Part shown: positions 59,574-64,000 of the stretch, piece after piece
Position numbering within the stretch: position 1 is the first letter of the stretch
How the letters are laid out: every line of letters starts with the position of its first letter
Assembly (NCBI GenBank): GCA_018818885.1
Contig: JAHIRB010000018.1
Coordinates: forward strand, 5,041 to 69,040
Direction: 5' to 3'
Origin: Patescibacteria group bacterium
GTDB lineage: Bacteria > Patescibacteriota > Patescibacteriia > Buchananbacterales > SURF-54
DNA length: 64,000 nt
Program-made: the position numbers and the translations under genes
Notes under the pieces: generated by a model
The model's database searches: none
What the model saw: the letters and a program-made list of their open reading frames with translations, nothing else
Told to the model about the DNA's origin: nothing

Positions 59574-59697
59574 GTAGGCGACATTCGCGAATGTCGCCTG
59601 CCGCTGTTAGATTTAATTTTTTCGTAGGCGACACGCCCGCTTCGACAAGCCCGCCTAGCCGTCGAGGCTGGCGAAGCGAGGCGAGTCGACGTGTCGC
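59574..59697. repeat. GTAG-type REP pair with nested palindromic inserts
   Basis: GTAGGCGACATTCGCGAATGTCGCCT; second copy interrupted; related palindrome at 22248-22271. Confidence 0.75.
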
Positions 59698-59710
59698 TTT
59701 CCGGTATTTA

Positions 59711-60394
59711 TTACTTTAGAAAATGCTCATCTAATTCCCCAGAAACTGAATAACCCCTTCTTTCCCAAAAACCCTCGTAATCTTTGTCATCAGAAAACTC
59801 AATTTCAGAAATCCATTTTATCCATTTATAACCCCACTTTGTTTCTGCAACCAGTTGAAAAGGAAAGCCGCGCTCTGGCACCATGGCCGCATCATTCATC
59901 TTATATGCCATCAATATGTCATTTTGATAAAAATATTCTATGGGGAATGCAGTTGAATAACCATCAACCGCTCTAAAAATTATTACATTAGCGTCTGCAG
60001 TTGGTTTGGCTACGTCAATTAATTCTCTAAACAACATTCCTTCCCACAAAATTGTTGCAGACCAGCCTTCTACACAGTTTAAGGTGACAACTTTTTTATA
60101 ACTATCAAATCCGTTTATAATTTCGTCATACTTATAGTTTTTTGGATTTTCAATTAACCCCGTAACTTCGAGTTCGTATTTATCAATATCTACATATTGT
60201 GGTCCTTTGATTGAGTTTTCTCTAAAAGCATTAATTGAATCAAGTTTCTGACCTTGGTAGTTAGCAATTTCAATAATATCAAGATGTTTAGTACCTCGTA
60301 CTTTATTAAATTCAATCGATAAAAAATATACTGCGCTGATAATTACTACCAGTATAAATATTACCAAAATGACGTTTGTTATTTTTTTATTCAT
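59711..60394 (-). CDS. molybdopterin-dependent oxidoreductase (sulfite oxidase/MsrP-like), membrane anchored
   Basis: LNCVEGWS, WEG, GFPFQLV...WGYKWIKWI, GFWERRGY. Confidence 0.88.
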   Translation of the reverse strand: MNKKITNVILVIFILVVIISAVYFLSIEFNKVRGTKHLDIIEIANYQGQKLDSINAFRENSIKGPQYVDIDKYELEVTGLIENPKNYKYDEIINGFDSYKKVVTLNCVEGWSATILWEGMLFRELIDVAKPTADANVIIFRAVDGYSTAFPIEYFYQNDILMAYKMNDAAMVPERGFPFQLVAETKWGYKWIKWISEIEFSDDKDYEGFWERRGYSVSGELDEHFLK

Positions 60395-60477
60395 GGAGTT
60401 AGTTGATTAGAGTTAATTGTAGTAATTTGAGTAATTATAGTTGCATACTATAATTAACTACAATAACTATAATCGCT

Positions 60478-60861
60478 TTATTGCTTCTTAAAGTTTAGAC
60501 ACGCTGAGTTGATGCAATACCTCTTGCCTGTTGGGGTGGGTCCGTCCTCAAAAACATGTCCTAAATGAGAATCACAATTAGCACACTTTACTTCAATACG
60601 ATTAATACCATGGTCACTATCATCAACCAGCTCTACATTATCACTTTTTGCGACATCAGAGAAACTTGGCCAGCCAGTACCTGAATCGAATTTAGTGTCA
60701 GAAGAAAATAGTTCGTGTCCACAAGCCATACATGTGTAAGTACCCTCTTCTTTATTATTAAGATGTTCACCAGAAAATGGGGTTTCAGTACCCTTTTCGC
60801 GTAGAATGTGATATTGTTCGGGCGTTAGTTTTTTCTTAAGTTCTTCTTCGTTGATACTCAT
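60478..60861 (-). CDS. msrB: peptide-methionine (R)-S-oxide reductase
   Basis: [31 protein letters not shown]; ATG 60861 preferred. Confidence 0.96.
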   Translation of the reverse strand: MSINEEELKKKLTPEQYHILREKGTETPFSGEHLNNKEEGTYTCMACGHELFSSDTKFDSGTGWPSFSDVAKSDNVELVDDSDHGINRIEVKCANCDSHLGHVFEDGPTPTGKRYCINSACLNFKKQ

Positions 60862-60873
60862 ATGATTATTCCT

Positions 60874-61052
60874 TTTGTCTTTTCGACCGATGTTAAATAT
60901 TATACCTGGAGACCAGCCAGAGGCTGGTGTTCGCCAGAGGCGAATCTGCCTTTGGCATGACGCCTCTGGCGCAGATCTCACATCATACTTTATTGAAGGG
61001 TGTGGGATTTCTCCATTTCGTTCGTTACGCTCACTTCAGTCGAAATGACAAA
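60874..61052. repeat. GTCAT-terminal palindromic element, copy 2, with nested GCCAGAGGC-type inserts
   Basis: TTTGTCTTTTCGACC ... GGATTTCTCC ... GTCGAAATGACAAA. Confidence 0.75.
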
Positions 61053-61056
61053 CAGG

Positions 61057-61530
61057 TTAATGACAAACCTTCTTACCAGTTTTTTTAAAATATTTTTGAT
61101 GGTACTCTTCTGCTGGGTAAAATTTTGTTGCTTTAGTAATTTCGGTTACAATATTATTGTCAAATTCAGATTGATGGTCTTGCTTAGATTTTTCTGCCTT
61201 GTCTTTTTGTGTATCATCATGATAAAAAATTGTAGAACGATATTGCGAACCTACGTCTGAGCCTTGACGGTGCATTTGTGTTGGGTTATGCATTTTCCAG
61301 AAATTATTCAATAGTTCCTCGTAGCTAATAACTTCGGGATCAAATTTAACTTGTACTGCTTCCGCGTGTCCAGTAGTATCAGAACAAACTTGTTCATAGT
61401 TTGGGTCTTCTGTTTTACCCCCGGTATAACCTACTGTTGTTTCTACCACACCATCAAGTTGATCAAAACTATCTTGAATACCCCAAAAGCATCCTGCAGC
61501 AAATGTTGCAGTATGTAATTTATCATTCAT
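61057..61530 (-). CDS. msrA: peptide-methionine (S)-S-oxide reductase
   Basis: AGCFWG, TGHAEAV, GSQYRS, AEEYHQKY. Confidence 0.96.
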   Translation of the reverse strand: MNDKLHTATFAAGCFWGIQDSFDQLDGVVETTVGYTGGKTEDPNYEQVCSDTTGHAEAVQVKFDPEVISYEELLNNFWKMHNPTQMHRQGSDVGSQYRSTIFYHDDTQKDKAEKSKQDHQSEFDNNIVTEITKATKFYPAEEYHQKYFKKTGKKVCH

Positions 61531-61536
61531 ATGTAT

Positions 61537-62385
61537 TTAATCTTCTACGATTGCAGCGCATTGTCCGTCTAGACACACGCATCTTAAATATTCACCAGGC
61601 CATTGCTTACAATCACAATCTGAATTAACACTGCATTCAACTTGATAGCTTTTACTTTCTTTAGGATCTGGAGAATGCTCCCACATAGGGCAGGCCACAA
61701 CACACGAACTGTTTTCGCAAAAAGCTTGATAAGGACAATTAGATTGCACAGCATAACGCATAGGAACTTCACAATTAGAGCTGGACTTGCATATAACGCC
61801 AACCTCGGTATCAAGTATCACTGGAATTTCTAAAGCATCGTCGTTTTCTGGCAAACCAGAAGGATTATCTTTTTGAAGAATTAATGATCCATTGTTTTTG
61901 TAATTAGGTACTTCAAATTCTAAAGTTGCTGTAAATGGCACAAAATTTTCTGTCATCCACTCTCCCTGGGCGGTGGCATAACTTTCGGCAATAATTAAGC
62001 CGTCCCAATTAGTTAAAACCACGGGAAAAGTTGCTTCAAAAAACCAGTATCCACGTGCTTCACCCGAAATTTCCAATGGGCTTGCAATTATTTGATTGGG
62101 TCGTGGATTATTAAGCCTAATAAGGTCAGTTTTTTCTTGTTCATTGCCGATATTTTCTACAAAAGTTTTGCCATTTGCCATGCATTGTCTTGGATAGCTT
62201 TCCATGGCAGGGTTGCCTGCTTTAATGCAGTCATCAAAATTTTCAATTGTAGTGACATGGGTGTTTGAATTTTCAATGTTGAGGTTAATATCTGCTTTTT
62301 CTTTTGGTAAAAAGAAAATAAAGAGCACTAAAACGATAAATATGACAAGAATTGCAGCAAAAATTCTTGATAGTGTTTTTGACAT
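61537..62385 (-). CDS. membrane-anchored Gmad2/Ig-like protein with Cys-rich repeats
   Basis: FDDCIKAGNPAMESYPRQC, GEARGYWFFEATFPV, WMTENFVPF, KDNPSGLPE. Confidence 0.8.
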   Translation of the reverse strand: MSKTLSRIFAAILVIFIVLVLFIFFLPKEKADINLNIENSNTHVTTIENFDDCIKAGNPAMESYPRQCMANGKTFVENIGNEQEKTDLIRLNNPRPNQIIASPLEISGEARGYWFFEATFPVVLTNWDGLIIAESYATAQGEWMTENFVPFTATLEFEVPNYKNNGSLILQKDNPSGLPENDDALEIPVILDTEVGVICKSSSNCEVPMRYAVQSNCPYQAFCENSSCVVACPMWEHSPDPKESKSYQVECSVNSDCDCKQWPGEYLRCVCLDGQCAAIVED

Positions 62386-62501
62386 AGATTTTTTTAGCTA
62401 TTATTTATACTTGTTTAAGTATAGCAAAACAAGCACAAAGTGTGTAATTACTTGATCAAAAAAAGCTGCCTCATGCATTGAGACAGCTTTTGTGTTAACT
62501 A

Positions 62502-64000
62502 TTAGAAATTAGTAAATTCACCCTTAAGATCTAGTCCTATAATTTCTGTATCAATTTTGAATTCAATGGTTTCGTATTGTGTCTGATTCTCATATCTATC
62601 GAGCATACATGGAAACTGCATTGGAACCGAAGCAGGCACTATTCCAGAAGTTGGTCCTGGGAAGTCTAGCCATATTGGAGGTTCACTTTGTAGAGACCAA
62701 TTTGCACCTGGAGGCCCATCAATATGAACTGGAGTAATAGGAAGAGGACATTGAGGATGAGCGTGGTCATAAACAAAACTAACTGCTGGTGGATACAATG
62801 ATGGAGAAGGTCCTCCGCCAATTAAGTCGTTGCCGTCACCTCCGTCGATAATCAAGTCGTCATCTGGACTTCCTATTAAAGTATCTGAGCCTTCTGCACC
62901 AATTAGATCATCACCACCACTACCATCAATCATCAGCGCATTGTCAGGTTCATCTGCTCCAGGTAAAGCAGTTATGCTTACAGTAAGAGGAATGGTATTG
63001 ATTAGATTTCCATCAGCATCATAAATAGTAATATGTCCAGCAGCAATATATGTTCCAGGAGCTGTAAACGAGCCACGATCAATTGTTACGTCAGAATCAT
63101 CTGGTAGCTGACCTCCTACTTGCGAAAAGTCCAACCAACCTGGAATGTTTCCGGTAATTTCGTATCTAGCTGAATCAGCAGATGCTGGTTGTAAGTTTAA
63201 TTGTCTTAATTTATTTGTTCCTTGAGCACCGATAACAATAACGTCAGAAATAAAAATCCCAACAGATTCTGCACCATCAGCAGGAGCAACACATTGAGCT
63301 GGCTTGCCAGAACAAATTTCTTCATTTTCGCATTCTTGTTTTTCTGCTGCACATTCTCCGCTGTCACAATACACCCAGCCTATTTCTGTTTCACTACAAC
63401 ACACTTTGGTAGTGTCACCGCAATCACTATCAGTTTGGCATTTACGTGGTCCGGCAGCCATATCTGTTCTTAATTCATTCATTTTTGCAGACAAACTATT
63501 AGCACCACCTAAGCCCTCATATTTACCACCTGCAACTGCTTGGTTGTAAAGTGATCGAAGTCTATTTATTTCTGCTTGTGTTTCTGGATCATAACCAGAA
63601 AAACTTCCAGTACATGCAGGACTTGCTGATTGTACTACTGTTCCTGTGCCACCTGTTGTTATACCACCTGCACCTACGCTTACTTTTGGAGCAGGTCTAT
63701 TGCATTCTTCTTCAAAAGCATCTAAAGCAGCGTGTTTTGATTTGTGAGCAGAGTTAGCATCATTAATAGCTTGAGTACGTGCACTTGCAGCTGCGCCTTC
63801 AGCTGTCTGTCGAGTTTGTTTAGCAGTCGCGTCACCATTTGCTAAATCAGCTTCGCATTTTGCTTTCTTACCTTCGTAAGTATCTTCTTTTGGAGGATTA
63901 TTTTGACAATCTTTCCAAACTTGTTTTGCATTCTCGTAAGTTTCAACATTTGCATCAGTTGGGTCGTTAATAGCAGTTTGCCCTGCTTTATAAGAATTTT
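62502..64000 (-). CDS. large secreted/surface protein with Cys-rich and RTX-like Ca-binding repeats (5' end outside window)
   Basis: frame stays open upstream of 63494 to the window edge; GSGGDDLIG and GGDGNDLIG repeats. Confidence 0.75.
   Translation of the reverse strand, partial: NSYKAGQTAINDPTDANVETYENAKQVWKDCQNNPPKEDTYEGKKAKCEADLANGDATAKQTRQTAEGAAASARTQAINDANSAHKSKHAALDAFEEECNRPAPKVSVGAGGITTGGTGTVVQSASPACTGSFSGYDPETQAEINRLRSLYNQAVAGGKYEGLGGANSLSAKMNELRTDMAAGPRKCQTDSDCGDTTKVCCSETEIGWVYCDSGECAAEKQECENEEICSGKPAQCVAPADGAESVGIFISDVIVIGAQGTNKLRQLNLQPASADSARYEITGNIPGWLDFSQVGGQLPDDSDVTIDRGSFTAPGTYIAAGHITIYDADGNLINTIPLTVSITALPGADEPDNALMIDGSGGDDLIGAEGSDTLIGSPDDDLIIDGGDGNDLIGGGPSPSLYPPAVSFVYDHAHPQCPLPITPVHIDGPPGANWSLQSEPPIWLDFPGPTSGIVPASVPMQFPCMLDRYENQTQYETIEFKIDTEIIGLDLKGEFTNF

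Noticed and set aside
59563-59634. N-terminal extension of the small membrane protein
   Set aside because: Reads through REP sequence; ATG 59562 is the better start.
60862-60981. N-terminal extension of msrB in the ORF track
   Set aside because: Derived from the repeat element; the real start is ATG 60861.
63495-63757. Separate + strand ORFs or a frameshift near the window end
   Set aside because: The minus-strand frame of 62502-63494 continues without a stop to 64000.
1-64000. Alternative genetic code (TGA=Gly, Gracilibacteria/SR1)
   Set aside because: Conserved genes are full length under code 11 and several end at TGA.

Overview
AT-rich, gene-dense bacterial chromosome segment using the standard code (TGA = stop). 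The gene content and style point to a Patescibacteria/CPR (Parcubacteria-like) genome: TrmB-family regulators, VirB2-like pilin, PilT/PilB, a Gmad2 protein and mostly SD-less core genes. This assignment is inference. Core content is a pentose-phosphate/pgi cluster, infB-rbfA-nrnA-clpP, rny-ymdB-hup, pilT-rnc-nusB-rpmF, gyrA, rpsA, ftsH, pilB, tsaE/tsaD, an ECF sigma pair and an msrA/msrB/molybdo-oxidoreductase cluster. The most striking non-annotated structure is: (1) all four intact tRNA genes (Gly, Cys, Lys, Arg) sit inside or directly behind a shattered copy of the same tRNA type, and the Arg locus carries a small GIY-YIG nuclease between the old and new tRNA, suggesting a tRNA-replacing mobile cassette; (2) an array of gene cassettes delimited by four direct copies of a 28-bp site (13990-16859) with no integrase in view; (3) several families of miniature palindromic elements that nest in each other, in dead tRNAs, possibly in a SAM-I riboswitch and in frame inside gyrA, tsaE, tsaD and rpsA; (4) a MITE-like element whose end abuts start codons; (5) a class of orphan genes with their own promoter/SD signature. 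All calls were made by eye from motifs; no database searches were run.
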